Assembly (NCBI GenBank): GCA_963520835.1
Contig: CAUQSJ010000004.1
Span: forward strand, 18,158 to 82,157
DNA: 64,000 bases
Direction: 5' to 3'
Source of the DNA: an uncultured Candidatus Saccharibacteria bacterium
GTDB taxonomy: Bacteria; Patescibacteriota; Saccharimonadia; Saccharimonadales; Saccharimonadaceae
Made by a program: the position numbers and the translations under genes. Position 1 is the stretch's first letter, and the number at the start of each line of letters is the position of its first letter. The notes under the pieces are model-generated. The model saw nothing but the letters and a program-made list of their open reading frames with translations. It was not told the origin of the DNA and searched no databases. Shown here one piece after another: positions 32,911-42,872 of the stretch.

Positions 32911-34182
32911 CTAGAAAACCAGACAATTAGCAAGCTGATTGATAATTTGTTTTTCGACGGATCCGACGGCGACCATGGCGTGGATACCAGAGCCGGCAAA
33001 TTCACGAGCTAACTCGACGATCAGAGGTTTGCTAATTTGTTTAATAATATTTGGAAAATTATCATAAAATTCGACTTTTTCGGTCATAAAATAGTCATCG
33101 GTGTAATAATCGGAAATCTGGCTGACAGTCTGGGCGCCCATTTGATAGCGACCGAGAGCGTAGGTCTTCACGGCTTCGATATCGGTGTCAGAAATCTCGC
33201 CATTGAGAGCTTTAATCATTTCGAGTTGAATGAGTGTAAAGAGTTCTTCAGAGGTTTCGAGATTAACTTCGCCATCAAAATCCCAGGAAGAATAATGGTT
33301 AGTACTATTAATTCCACTACCCATACCATAAACTAGACCACGACGACGAGCTTGACCAAAAATACGACTGCTCATAGTGCCGTTTAGTAAGTGATTGAGT
33401 GCGCCCATGGCCTGAGTTTCTTCGGTAGAGAGGCGTCTCGGAGTAATCATGGAAAAACCAAAGGTAATATTACTGGCGTCCTTTCGCTTAATTAGGACAG
33501 CGTTAGAAGAGTGCAAATCGTCGACAGGAATTTCGAAACGTTCACCGGGGCTTAATTCCCAGCTTTCGAGGTTGCGAATGATTTCTTTTTTACGGTGTTT
33601 GGTCTGGCCGGCAATAATGAAGCGCATATTGTTCGCAGTATGGGTGCGACTGTAGTGCTCGTTAATGTCATCTAGGGTGATGTTGTTAATGGTGGAAAGG
33701 CGTTCGCGTAAATTCAGAACGTTTTCGCCAATGGCTTTTTGGAGACGTGGCCAAAGTAGACGACCATAATCGTTCATGTAGCCGGTGAGTTCGGCGCGAA
33801 CGTTGCCTTTTTCACTTTTTAATTCCGCGTCGTTAAATTTGGGCGAAGTAATAGCGATACGTTTAAGGTCTAAGATACGGTCCCATTCAAAATCCGCACA
33901 TTCGGTTTCGTAACAAACGGAATAATCGGAAGTCCAAGCATTGTGATAGGCGCCGTTTTTGGTAAATTCCGCTTCGTAGGTAGATTCGTCAGGATATTTG
34001 GCGTTAGCACCGAAGCTAAGATGTTCAACAATGTGAGCAATCTCGTAGAGCTCTGGACTTTTGGCAAAGCGCATGCCGCCACGAAATTGGACTTTCATAT
34101 TCATGACGGAAGCACCAGGTACGTCAATCAAAAGACCTTTGGCGCCGTTTTTTAATTCGATTTCTTCAATGGAATGTTTCAT
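32911..34182 (-). CDS. M16 (pitrilysin/insulinase) family zinc peptidase
   Basis: 423 aa with the inverted zinc motif HIVEHLSF (HxxEH). Confidence 0.8.
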   Translation of the reverse strand: MKHSIEEIELKNGAKGLLIDVPGASVMNMKVQFRGGMRFAKSPELYEIAHIVEHLSFGANAKYPDESTYEAEFTKNGAYHNAWTSDYSVCYETECADFEWDRILDLKRIAITSPKFNDAELKSEKGNVRAELTGYMNDYGRLLWPRLQKAIGENVLNLRERLSTINNITLDDINEHYSRTHTANNMRFIIAGQTKHRKKEIIRNLESWELSPGERFEIPVDDLHSSNAVLIKRKDASNITFGFSMITPRRLSTEETQAMGALNHLLNGTMSSRIFGQARRRGLVYGMGSGINSTNHYSSWDFDGEVNLETSEELFTLIQLEMIKALNGEISDTDIEAVKTYALGRYQMGAQTVSQISDYYTDDYFMTEKVEFYDNFPNIIKQISKPLIVELAREFAGSGIHAMVAVGSVEKQIINQLANCLVF

Positions 34183-34184
34183 GT

Positions 34185-37043
34185 TTAACGGCGGCCGTGC
34201 TTTTTGTTTTGACGTTTAGCTTTTTTCTGTTTTTTGGCTTTATTGCGCTTTTCGCTGAGGTTAGCGGATTTGGTTGGTTTTTGGGAAAATTCGCTATCGA
34301 GATTTTTTTCACCAGCTTCGATAGTATTCACACCACGGTTAGTGGCGGATTCGGCCATCTTGGTGAGTTCAGTGTCGTATTCTTCCCCGTCAATCGTGTC
34401 GGTGGCGACCGCTTCTTGTGGGGTGATAGAAAGGAGAATCTTTAAGACTTCTTCGCGGAGGTTCTTTTGGAGACCTTCGAAAAGTTTTTGAGATTCGGTG
34501 CGATATTCGACTAGTGGGTCACGTTGACCGATCGAGCGCCAGTGGATACCTTCACGGAGGTACTGCATGTTTTCGAGGTGCTGCATCCAGAGAGCGTCGA
34601 GGACCTTGAGGTAGACTTCGCGTTCAATTTTGCGCATAACGTCGGCGCCGAATTCGAGCTCTTTGGTAGCGTAAGCTTCTTTGACGGCAAGAGTGGCAAG
34701 TTTGGCGCGCTCTTCTTCTTTGCGTTTGAAACCAATTTCAATAATTAAGTCACGATCAAGATCGAAAACAGATTGGAATTCTTTGATGAAATTACGGTTA
34801 ACACGGATACTTTCGGCGGTTAAATCAGCGACGGCTTCCTTGATGAGGCGATTAATTTCGTCAGAGATATTTGCCCCTTCGAGAATCTTGCGACGCATGA
34901 GATAAACGATGCGACGGTGGCGGTTGATGACGTTATCATACTGCACCACATTTTTACGGGAATCGAAATTGAAGCCTTCGATACGCTTCTGGGCGGCTTC
35001 GAGCATCTTGGTGACACTGCGATTTTGAATTGGAGTATCTTCGTCGATGCCAATACGGTTAAGTAAGGCGCCAATTTGGTTGCCCTGGAAAATACGCATA
35101 AGATCATCTTCACAAGAGACAAAGAACTGAGTGATGCCTGGGTCGCCTTGACGACCACCACGACCACGGAGCTGATTATCGACGCGGCGACTATCGTGGC
35201 GTTCGGAACCGATTACTACTAGACCACCAAGTTCTTTGACTTCATCGGTAAGCTTAATATCGGTACCACGACCAGCCATATTGGTGGCAAGAGTGATAGC
35301 GCCTTTTTGGCCAGCTTTTTCCACGATGGCAGCTTCACGCTCATTATTCTTCGCGTTAAGTAGTTCATAAGAGAGTCCGGCTTCGTCGAGATATTTAGCG
35401 ATTAATTCGTTCTTCACGATGCTAGCTGAACCAATCAAAACTGGCTGACCTTTTTCGTGGAATTTCTTTACTTCTTCGACGATAGCACGAAGTTTACCGG
35501 CTTCGGTGCGGAAAATTAGATCGTCTTTATCGATACGAATAATTGGACGGTTAGGTGGAATTTGGATTACGTCGAGGGCATAGATTTGTTGGAACTCTTC
35601 AGCTTCAGTAAAGGCGGTACCAGTCATACCGGAGAGCTTATTGTAAAGACGGAAGAAATTCTGGAAAGAAATGGTGGCTAGAGTCATAGATTCTTCTTTA
35701 ACTACGACGCTTTCCTTAGCTTCAATGGCTTGGTGGAGGCCTTCGCTGTAGCGGCGACCCTGCATGAGACGACCGGTGTTTTCGTCTACAATAATAACTT
35801 CGCCGGAATTAGTGACGACATAGTCGCGGTCGCGCTGGAAAACTACCTGAGCGCGTAAAGCTTGATCCATGTGATAGACTAAGCGGGTATTATCGGCAGA
35901 ATAAAGATTGTCGATGCCGAGCATGCGCTGGACTTTTTCGATACCAGCATCGGTGAGCGAGACGGAGCGGTGTTTTTCGTCGAGCACGTAGTCATCTGGG
36001 CCGAGGTGGGAGGCAATTTTGGCAAATTGGTAATAAGAATCTGGATTGTCACCAGCCGGTGCGGAAATAATCAATGGAGTCCTGGCTTCATCAATAAGAA
36101 TCGAGTCGACCTCATCGACGATGGCGAAATTAAGTTCGCGTTGGCGGAGGAAGTCAACTTCGTTGACCATGTTGTCACGGAGATAATCGAAGCCAAATTC
36201 GTTATTGGTACCATAAGTCACATCAGCTTGATAAGCTTGTTTTCTAGTGCAAGGTTTCAAGTGCTGCATGCGTTCATCGGTATGTTCTTCATTAATATAT
36301 TCTGGATCATAAAGGAAGCTGGCGTCAGCAATAATCACACCTACACTCATACCGAGGAAGTGATAAACTGGAGCATTCCAACCGGCGTCACGTTGAGCAA
36401 GATAATCGTTTACGGTGACGACGTGGACACCACGGCCAGTTAAGGCGTTCAAGAAGGATGGCAAGAGTGCCACCAAGGTTTTACCTTCACCAGTTTTCAT
36501 TTCAGCTACGTTGCCTTCATGAAGGGCGATACCACCGATCATCTGGACATCGTAGTGGCGCATACCGAGAACACGCTTGGTAGCTTCACGAACTAAAGCA
36601 AAGGCGTCTGGTAGAATTTCACTTAAAATTTTGGTTTCGTTACGTTCAAGTTTTTCTGTTTTAACAGAGGTAGATTGCTTCTTAGTACTGTCAGTAGATT
36701 CAGCCTTTGTCTCAGATTTTTTGGCTGAAGCTTTTAGTTTGGCACGAGCAATATTGGCCTCGGCCTTTTTATTGAGGGTGTCGAGACGCTCTTTTAGGAC
36801 GTTGGTTTGAGCTTTGAGCTCATCATCAGACATGGCTTCGTATTTTGGTTCGAGACCATTAATCACCTTGACGATTTTGCGCATACGAGCGAGATTGCGC
36901 TTGGCTGGGTCACCAAAAACGCCCTGCAAAATACGGGTCGTGGTGGTTTTATCAGCTAATTTATCGGTTGGCTTGCGTTCTTTTTTAACTTTTGGAGCCT
37001 TAATTTTGGCTTCCTGAATTTTTTCAATTTTTTTCTGAGACAT
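34185..37043 (-). CDS. secA: preprotein translocase ATPase SecA
   Basis: Start at ATG 37043 with GGAGG 11 nt upstream (the track ORF extends to 37094). Motifs: MKTGEGKTLV Walker A, DEVDSILIDEARTPLIIS, TNMAGRGTDI. Confidence 0.95.
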   Translation of the reverse strand: MSQKKIEKIQEAKIKAPKVKKERKPTDKLADKTTTTRILQGVFGDPAKRNLARMRKIVKVINGLEPKYEAMSDDELKAQTNVLKERLDTLNKKAEANIARAKLKASAKKSETKAESTDSTKKQSTSVKTEKLERNETKILSEILPDAFALVREATKRVLGMRHYDVQMIGGIALHEGNVAEMKTGEGKTLVALLPSFLNALTGRGVHVVTVNDYLAQRDAGWNAPVYHFLGMSVGVIIADASFLYDPEYINEEHTDERMQHLKPCTRKQAYQADVTYGTNNEFGFDYLRDNMVNEVDFLRQRELNFAIVDEVDSILIDEARTPLIISAPAGDNPDSYYQFAKIASHLGPDDYVLDEKHRSVSLTDAGIEKVQRMLGIDNLYSADNTRLVYHMDQALRAQVVFQRDRDYVVTNSGEVIIVDENTGRLMQGRRYSEGLHQAIEAKESVVVKEESMTLATISFQNFFRLYNKLSGMTGTAFTEAEEFQQIYALDVIQIPPNRPIIRIDKDDLIFRTEAGKLRAIVEEVKKFHEKGQPVLIGSASIVKNELIAKYLDEAGLSYELLNAKNNEREAAIVEKAGQKGAITLATNMAGRGTDIKLTDEVKELGGLVVIGSERHDSRRVDNQLRGRGGRQGDPGITQFFVSCEDDLMRIFQGNQIGALLNRIGIDEDTPIQNRSVTKMLEAAQKRIEGFNFDSRKNVVQYDNVINRHRRIVYLMRRKILEGANISDEINRLIKEAVADLTAESIRVNRNFIKEFQSVFDLDRDLIIEIGFKRKEEERAKLATLAVKEAYATKELEFGADVMRKIEREVYLKVLDALWMQHLENMQYLREGIHWRSIGQRDPLVEYRTESQKLFEGLQKNLREEVLKILLSITPQEAVATDTIDGEEYDTELTKMAESATNRGVNTIEAGEKNLDSEFSQKPTKSANLSEKRNKAKKQKKAKRQNKKHGRR

Positions 37044-37096
37044 AAACAGTCGAAACCTCCAAATCGGAATAATATTATAGGGATATTTTATCATAA

Positions 37097-37128
37097 AAAA
37101 TACATGTTTTTAAGAGAACATGTATTTT
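37097..37128. terminator. rho-independent terminator after hpf
   Basis: 11-bp stem AAAATACATGT/ACATGTATTTT with a 10-nt loop, flanked by an A-run and a T-run. Confidence 0.6.
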
Positions 37129-37163
37129 TAATTAAGTTTTAGTCCAGGAATTTTAGGCTAAAA

Positions 37164-37532
37164 TTAGGAATTAGATTTTTTGCCAAAAATGCGGGAGAAA
37201 ACGCCACGACGAAGGTGTGGGGTACTCTCAATTTTGTAGCGACGAATTTGACCCATTAGCTTAGCCTCGATAATGTCGATGCCGGCGAAAATATTGGAAC
37301 ACTCGTCCTTAGCGGCGATGACTTTACCACCTGGAATTTCCATAGCGGCAGAAATTTCGTACTTATTGCCGTGAGAGCGGCCTACTTCAGTGACGACAAT
37401 TTTGGCAACGACGTCTTTTTTGCTACCGTGTGGCAAGTATTTATCGAGTTTGCCGATACGTTTGACGGCATACTTATGAAAACTATCTTCGATTTTGTAG
37501 TTACTACCACTAATTTCAATTTTTTCGATCAT
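37164..37532 (-). CDS. hpf: ribosome hibernation promoting factor / RaiA family (short form)
   Basis: 122 aa. Pattern I.I.G.n..i.d....Y...K..KL.KY near the N-terminus (MIEKIEISGSNYKIEDSFHKYAVKRIGKLDKYL). Confidence 0.8.
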   Translation of the reverse strand: MIEKIEISGSNYKIEDSFHKYAVKRIGKLDKYLPHGSKKDVVAKIVVTEVGRSHGNKYEISAAMEIPGGKVIAAKDECSNIFAGIDIIEAKLMGQIRRYKIESTPHLRRGVFSRIFGKKSNS

Positions 37533-37550
37533 AATTTCTCCTTATGGCTA

Positions 37551-38795
37551 TTATAACATGTCGGTGCCGAGGTATGGCTGCAAGACGGCTGGGACGCGAA
37601 GCTTACCACCCTCTTCGGCGAAGTTCTCGATAACCGCTACCATGGTGCGGGCGAGAGAGATGGCGGTGCCATTCAAGGTATGAAGCACTTCGACGGTGCC
37701 ATCTTTGCGGCGGACGCGGATATTGAGACCACGAGCTTGGAAGTCAGTACAGTTCGAACAGCTGGTGATTTCACGGTATTTTTGATCAACTGGAGACCAG
37801 TATTCGATGTCGTATTTCTTGGCGGCTGGAGCACCGAGGTCGCCAGCGGCGATATTGATGACATGATAAGGAATACCAATTTCCTGCCAGATTTCCTCTT
37901 CGATGCCGCGAAGTTTTTCATGAATTTCTTTACTTTGCTCTGGAGTACAAAAGGCATACATTTCGAGTTTATTAAATTGGTGAACACGGAAGAGGCCACG
38001 GGTGTGCTTACCATAGGCACCAGCTTCCTTACGGAAACAAGCGGAGAGGCCGGCATAGAAGAGCGGTAATTTTTCTTCGTCGATAATTTCGTCCATATGA
38101 TAACCAGTAATGGACATTTCAGCGGTAGCAATAAGAGCGAGGTCTTCCCCTTCGATGTAATACTCATCGCTCTGCTCGGAGCTACGTGGAGCGAAGCCAG
38201 TACCTTCGAGCACGCGAGAATTGACTAAATCAGGCACATCCATGAGAGTGAAGCCATGTTCAACGATTTTCTTGATGCCGAATTGAATTAGGGCATTTTC
38301 GAGCAGGGCTAGACCACCTTTGACATAATAGAATTTTGCACCAGCAACTTTGGCACCACGTTCGAAATCCACCCAGTCACGAGAGATGGCGTAATCGAGG
38401 TGATCGACGCCGGTAGTTTTGCATTCACCCCATTTTTTGACTTCGACACTAGCGGATTCATCACCGAGTGGTACGTCGTCAAAAATGACATTAGGGACGG
38501 TTTTAAGTTTAGTGTTTAATTCTTTTTCAAAATTAGAAAGATCGGCTTCGAGAGTGCTAAGTTTTTCTTTGATTTCCTTACCTTTGGCGATTAGTTCGTC
38601 GCTAGGTTTGCCATTTTTCATTTTGGCGGTATTATCGTTGCGCTCTTTGCGAAGAGCTTCAACTTGTTGAAGAAGAGCTTTTCTCTGGTCATCCAAGGCG
38701 AGAATTTCATCAAGATTGACGTTTTTGTACATTTTTTCTTTGATGGAATGTTCTACGAGCTCTTTGTTGTTACGGATGAAATTAATGTCCAACAT
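37551..38795 (-). CDS. serS: seryl-tRNA synthetase
   Basis: 414 aa. MLDINFIRNN start, coiled-coil arm, class II motifs (FRKEAG.., TLNGTA). Confidence 0.93.
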   Translation of the reverse strand: MLDINFIRNNKELVEHSIKEKMYKNVNLDEILALDDQRKALLQQVEALRKERNDNTAKMKNGKPSDELIAKGKEIKEKLSTLEADLSNFEKELNTKLKTVPNVIFDDVPLGDESASVEVKKWGECKTTGVDHLDYAISRDWVDFERGAKVAGAKFYYVKGGLALLENALIQFGIKKIVEHGFTLMDVPDLVNSRVLEGTGFAPRSSEQSDEYYIEGEDLALIATAEMSITGYHMDEIIDEEKLPLFYAGLSACFRKEAGAYGKHTRGLFRVHQFNKLEMYAFCTPEQSKEIHEKLRGIEEEIWQEIGIPYHVINIAAGDLGAPAAKKYDIEYWSPVDQKYREITSCSNCTDFQARGLNIRVRRKDGTVEVLHTLNGTAISLARTMVAVIENFAEEGGKLRVPAVLQPYLGTDML

Positions 38796-38844
38796 TTTTA
38801 CCTCTTTTCTTTAATAATTTTAGTTAACGATTTTGAATTCTGAA

Positions 38845-40344
38845 TTATGCGTGAGTGAAAGATTCGGAGGAATCTTCAGAAGTATTTTCAGAATTGGCGC
38901 GGCGCTTAATGATTGGGAATGGGACGGCCTCGCGGCCGGAGACGCCTTCAAGTAGCCAGAAATTACGTTCGGAGTTACCCCAACCACAGGCTGGTGGCAT
39001 GCCGTATTCGAGCATCTCGACGAAATCTTGGTCAAGCATTTGAGCTTCACTGTCGCCGCCATCGCGCATGGCTTGTTGTTCTTCGAAGCGAGCGAGCTGG
39101 TCGAGTGGATCGTTTAATTCGGAGTAGCCGTTGCCCATTTCGGTACCGGCAATAATAGGGTGAAATCGTTCGGTGACCAGAGGATTTTCTGGAGAAATTT
39201 TAGCGAGAGGCGAGAGTGAAAGAGGTTCTTCAATTAGCCAGAATGGTCCACCAGATTTTTTGCGAATCAACTTCCAAAGGTTATCGATAAGGCGGGAATC
39301 GGCCTGTGCGGCAGTAACTTCGACCCCGCGTGCTCTTAAAATTTCGGTGATTTTGGCGCGGTCTGGATTGAAAACGTCGATATCAAACTCTTCGCGAAGT
39401 AGATCGGCATATTTGATGCGTGGCCATTTGTTGGAAAGGTCGATATTGAAACCATTAACCTGGAACTTGAGGGTGCCCCAAGTTTTTTCGGCGATATATT
39501 TAATCATTTCTTCGTAAAAATCCATGCCATCTTGATAATCTTCATAAGCCGCGTAGGATTCAAAAGCAATATGTTCTGGTAGGTGTTCATCATCGACACC
39601 TTCGTTACGGAAGCGCGGGCCGATATCGTAAACTTTTTCGAAACCAGCACCAAGAAGACGTTTCAAAGGTAATTCTTGAGAAATACGAAGGTAAAAATCT
39701 TCACCTAGGGCATCCATATGAGTAACAAAAGGCGTAGCATCGGCGCCACCGGTGGTATGTTCGAGAACTGGGGTGTTTACTTCGATAAAACCGTGCATAT
39801 TCATGAAATCACGGGTGGCTTGCCAGAATTTACTGCGACGAACCATGCGCTCACGAACCTCGGGGTTAACATTCATATCGACATAGCGACGACGGTAACG
39901 CTCCTCTTTATTGGTAAAACCATCGCGACCCGGCATTGGGCGAAGGGTTTTGGTAAGAAGCTTCACGTAATTAGTGAAAAGTGAAATTTCGCCAGTTTGA
40001 GACTTACCAACCAAACCTTCGGCTTCGATAAAATCACCGGTGTCGAGAAGTTTGAGCTGTTTAGTGCCAATAAAACCTTCTGGAGTTTCGTCTTGTTTCA
40101 TGAAAAGTTGAATTTCACCAAAATAATCACGAATTTTAACGAAGGCGAGCTTGCCAAAGCTACGAATGGCAACAATGCGACCAGCAATAACGACCTGCTT
40201 GCCATCGAGTTTTGCAAAATTATCCAAAATTTCAGAAATCTTGGTGTTGCGATCGGAATGAGATGGATAAGGATTAATCCCCATTTCCTTTAAGGTAGTG
40301 AGTTTTTTAAGTCGTTCGTTGCGGTAGTCGTTTAATGTAGCCAT
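38845..40344 (-). CDS. lysS: lysyl-tRNA synthetase, class II
   Basis: 499 aa. OB anticodon-binding domain (VVIAGRIVAIRSFGKLAFVKIRD), class II motifs (FRNEG, GWGNSERN..). Confidence 0.93.
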   Translation of the reverse strand: MATLNDYRNERLKKLTTLKEMGINPYPSHSDRNTKISEILDNFAKLDGKQVVIAGRIVAIRSFGKLAFVKIRDYFGEIQLFMKQDETPEGFIGTKQLKLLDTGDFIEAEGLVGKSQTGEISLFTNYVKLLTKTLRPMPGRDGFTNKEERYRRRYVDMNVNPEVRERMVRRSKFWQATRDFMNMHGFIEVNTPVLEHTTGGADATPFVTHMDALGEDFYLRISQELPLKRLLGAGFEKVYDIGPRFRNEGVDDEHLPEHIAFESYAAYEDYQDGMDFYEEMIKYIAEKTWGTLKFQVNGFNIDLSNKWPRIKYADLLREEFDIDVFNPDRAKITEILRARGVEVTAAQADSRLIDNLWKLIRKKSGGPFWLIEEPLSLSPLAKISPENPLVTERFHPIIAGTEMGNGYSELNDPLDQLARFEEQQAMRDGGDSEAQMLDQDFVEMLEYGMPPACGWGNSERNFWLLEGVSGREAVPFPIIKRRANSENTSEDSSESFTHA

Positions 40345-40359
40345 AGTTTTTCTTGTTGA

Positions 40360-40905
40360 TTAGATTTTCATGATTTCGGCTTCTTTAGCCTTGAAGAGTT
40401 CGTCAATTTTAGCGCTGAAATCTTTGGTGAGATCGTCAATTTCTTTTTCACTACGCTTCTTGATATCTTCAGAAAGGTCTTCGATAGACTTAAGTTCTTT
40501 TCTTGCGTCGTCACGGATTTTACGGAGAGCCACCTTAGCTTCTTCGATTTTCTGTGAGGTAGTTTTGACAATTTCCTTACGACGCTCTTCGGTGAGTGGT
40601 GGCACTGGAACGCGGATCACGCGACCATCATCGGCTGGGTTGAGATTGAGAGTTTGATCGGCACGAATAGCATTGGAAATGCCAGCAATTGTCGATGGAT
40701 CAAATGGGGTAATCAAGAGCATGGTCGCATCAGCGATGGTGACATTAGCTACTTGATTAAGTGGCATATATTGACCGTAGGCTTCGACCTTGATGCTGGA
40801 AAGCATGTCTGGATGAGCACGACCGGTGCGAACCTTCTTAAGCTCCTGCTGGAAGCGATCGACGACAGCTTGAAATGCAATTTTATATTCGGTGTTATCA
40901 AACAT
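40360..40905 (-). CDS. frr: ribosome recycling factor
   Basis: 181 aa. Patterns ..LKKVRTGRAHPDML and PPLTEERRKE. Confidence 0.93.
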   Translation of the reverse strand: MFDNTEYKIAFQAVVDRFQQELKKVRTGRAHPDMLSSIKVEAYGQYMPLNQVANVTIADATMLLITPFDPSTIAGISNAIRADQTLNLNPADDGRVIRVPVPPLTEERRKEIVKTTSQKIEEAKVALRKIRDDARKELKSIEDLSEDIKKRSEKEIDDLTKDFSAKIDELFKAKEAEIMKI

Positions 40906-40952
40906 AATTTTTCCTTATATACTTATCTATATTTTATCACATCAGAGAGAAA

Positions 40953-40974
40953 AATACCCCTGATTCGGGGTATT
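40953..40974 (-). terminator. rho-independent terminator after proS
   Basis: Stem AATACCCC/GGGGTATT with loop TGATTC. The minus strand continues TTTTCTCTC. Confidence 0.6.
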
Positions 40975-40980
40975 TAACTT

Positions 40981-42210
40981 TTAGAGTGAATTCTTGAATT
41001 CTTCGAGGCCGATAAGCTTGGTTTCGCCAGTCTTACGATCTGTGATTTCGACTTGGTTATTCTCCAAGGTTTTTTCCGAAATTACTACGCGGTAAGGGAT
41101 ACCAAGAAGTTCAGAATCGGTAAGTTTTTCACCGATGCGCATATCGCGATCATCGAGCAAGATTTCTTTGCGGTGAGCATCATGAAGTTCGACAGTGATC
41201 TTCGCGGCTTCATCGCCAAGGCCGATCAAGTAATATTTGAAAGGTGCGATATTTTCTGGCCAGACAAGACCTTTTTCATCAGCAAACTTTTCAGCAATTA
41301 CACCCATAACGCGGGAAACACCGATACCATAGCTACCCATGAAGACGGTTTTCTTTTCGCCATCCTTGTCGTCGTATTTGAGGCCGATTGGATCGGAGAA
41401 TTTATAGCTAAGAGTGAAAATATTACCAACTTCGGCAGCGGCGGTAGAGTGAAGGTCTTCCTTTTTAACGCCGAGGTCATTTAGAACTTCATCGATTACG
41501 ACTTCTTCGTTCAAGACAATAGACTTATCATCGTTGAAATAAATAACGTCTTCACCAACTGGAGTGATAGTCTGGAATTCGTGACTATATTTAGAGAAAG
41601 CACCACCAGAGGCGTAAGTTTCGTAGGTACAATCCCCGAGGCCGAGACGGACATAGATGCGCTTGTAGGCCTCTTCGACTTCGCGGTAGAACTTCTCGTG
41701 AGACTCTTTATCGGTCGAGAAGCTATAGAGATCTTTCATGAGGAACTCGCGAGTACGTAGAATACCAGATTTGGCACGAAGTTCGTTTCGGAACTTGGTT
41801 TGGAATTGATAGACGTAGACTGGGAGGTCCTTGTAAGAAGAAATGTATTTGGTCATTAAATTGGTGAGTGGCTCTTCGTGAGTAGGAGCGAGGCCCAATT
41901 CGCCGCCGGCATTAAGTTTAGTTTTAAACCAGACATCGATGACGTCATCGCGCCAGCGATCAGTTTTGACCCAGGATTCGGGGTTCTGAAGCGCAGTCAT
42001 TTGCATCTCCTGACAGCCGATGGCATCGAGCTCGTCACGGATGATGTCTTGAATTTTGTTTAATGTGATCAATCCGAGTGGTAAGAAATCATAAACACCG
42101 GCCATTTCCTTGTAAATGTAGCCAGCGCGGATGAGAAGTTCAGCGTTACGGCTGGTTTCTTCTTTTCCTACTTCACGGAAGGTCTTGATAAATGATTGAC
42201 TTAACTTCAT
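40981..42210 (-). CDS. proS: prolyl-tRNA synthetase, short form lacking the INS editing domain
   Basis: 409 aa. The bacterial-type N-terminus (MKLSQSFIKTFREV..SRNAELLIRAGYI..AGVYDFLPLG) joins directly to class II motif 2/3 regions and the anticodon-binding domain. Confidence 0.8.
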   Translation of the reverse strand: MKLSQSFIKTFREVGKEETSRNAELLIRAGYIYKEMAGVYDFLPLGLITLNKIQDIIRDELDAIGCQEMQMTALQNPESWVKTDRWRDDVIDVWFKTKLNAGGELGLAPTHEEPLTNLMTKYISSYKDLPVYVYQFQTKFRNELRAKSGILRTREFLMKDLYSFSTDKESHEKFYREVEEAYKRIYVRLGLGDCTYETYASGGAFSKYSHEFQTITPVGEDVIYFNDDKSIVLNEEVVIDEVLNDLGVKKEDLHSTAAAEVGNIFTLSYKFSDPIGLKYDDKDGEKKTVFMGSYGIGVSRVMGVIAEKFADEKGLVWPENIAPFKYYLIGLGDEAAKITVELHDAHRKEILLDDRDMRIGEKLTDSELLGIPYRVVISEKTLENNQVEITDRKTGETKLIGLEEFKNSL

Positions 42211-42356
42211 CCTTTACCTTTCCTGTTTAAAATAATAATATTCTAATTGTATCACAGAAAAATGAAAATAACAGAGATAAGTTGACATTTTTTGGGGCTT
42301 CGTGTATTTTTTAATGAGGTAATTATATTAAAAGAAAGATTGTATTTTTTATTCCT

Positions 42357-42803
42357 ATGAAAAAAACAGTAAGTTTAACTCAAGATGGTAAGAAAAATCT
42401 TGAGAATGAGTTGAAAAGTCTGATTAAAATGCGTCCAGCAATCGCCGATCGTTTGGCGACTGCCCGTTCCTTTGGCGATTTGAAGGAAAATCAAGAATAT
42501 TCGGATGCTCGTGCGGAACAACGCCAAGTGGAAGGACGTATTTTGGAGATTCAAGATATTCTAAAGAATGCGGAAATCATTAAGGCGGCTAAGGGTAGCA
42601 AAATTGCCGTTGGTTCGACCGTGAAAATTAAGATGCTGGGTAAAGAGCATACTTATTCAATCGTGGGTGCCGTAGAAGCTGACCCATTAAATGGTCGCAT
42701 CTCAGATATTTCACCAATTGGTAAGGCTTTAATTGGTAAAAAAGAGGGTGATGAATATACCCTACCAAATGGTAATAAGGGTGAAATTCTCGAAGTTGCT
42801 TAA
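42357..42803 (+). CDS. greA: transcription elongation factor GreA
   Basis: 148 aa. Patterns ..GDLKENQEYSDAR and the C-terminal ..SPIGKALIGKKEGDE. Confidence 0.92.
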   Translation: MKKTVSLTQDGKKNLENELKSLIKMRPAIADRLATARSFGDLKENQEYSDARAEQRQVEGRILEIQDILKNAEIIKAAKGSKIAVGSTVKIKMLGKEHTYSIVGAVEADPLNGRISDISPIGKALIGKKEGDEYTLPNGNKGEILEVA

Positions 42804-42823
42804 AATTGGATAGATTAAAAAAT

Positions 42824-42846
42824 GAGGCCGAGTAGCCTCTTTTTTA
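42824..42846. terminator. bidirectional terminator between greA and the CPBP gene
   Basis: Stem GAGGC/GCCTC with loop CGAGTA, AAAAAA upstream and TTTTTT downstream. Confidence 0.5.
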
Positions 42847-42872
42847 ATATATTTATTTAATTAAGGCTAGTA

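Noticed and set aside
38796-42356. T-box leaders upstream of serS, lysS and proS (and of cysS at 59474-59485)
   Set aside because: The upstream spacers are 12-146 nt, too short for a T-box. No T-box sequence (AGAGA..GGTGG..) was seen.
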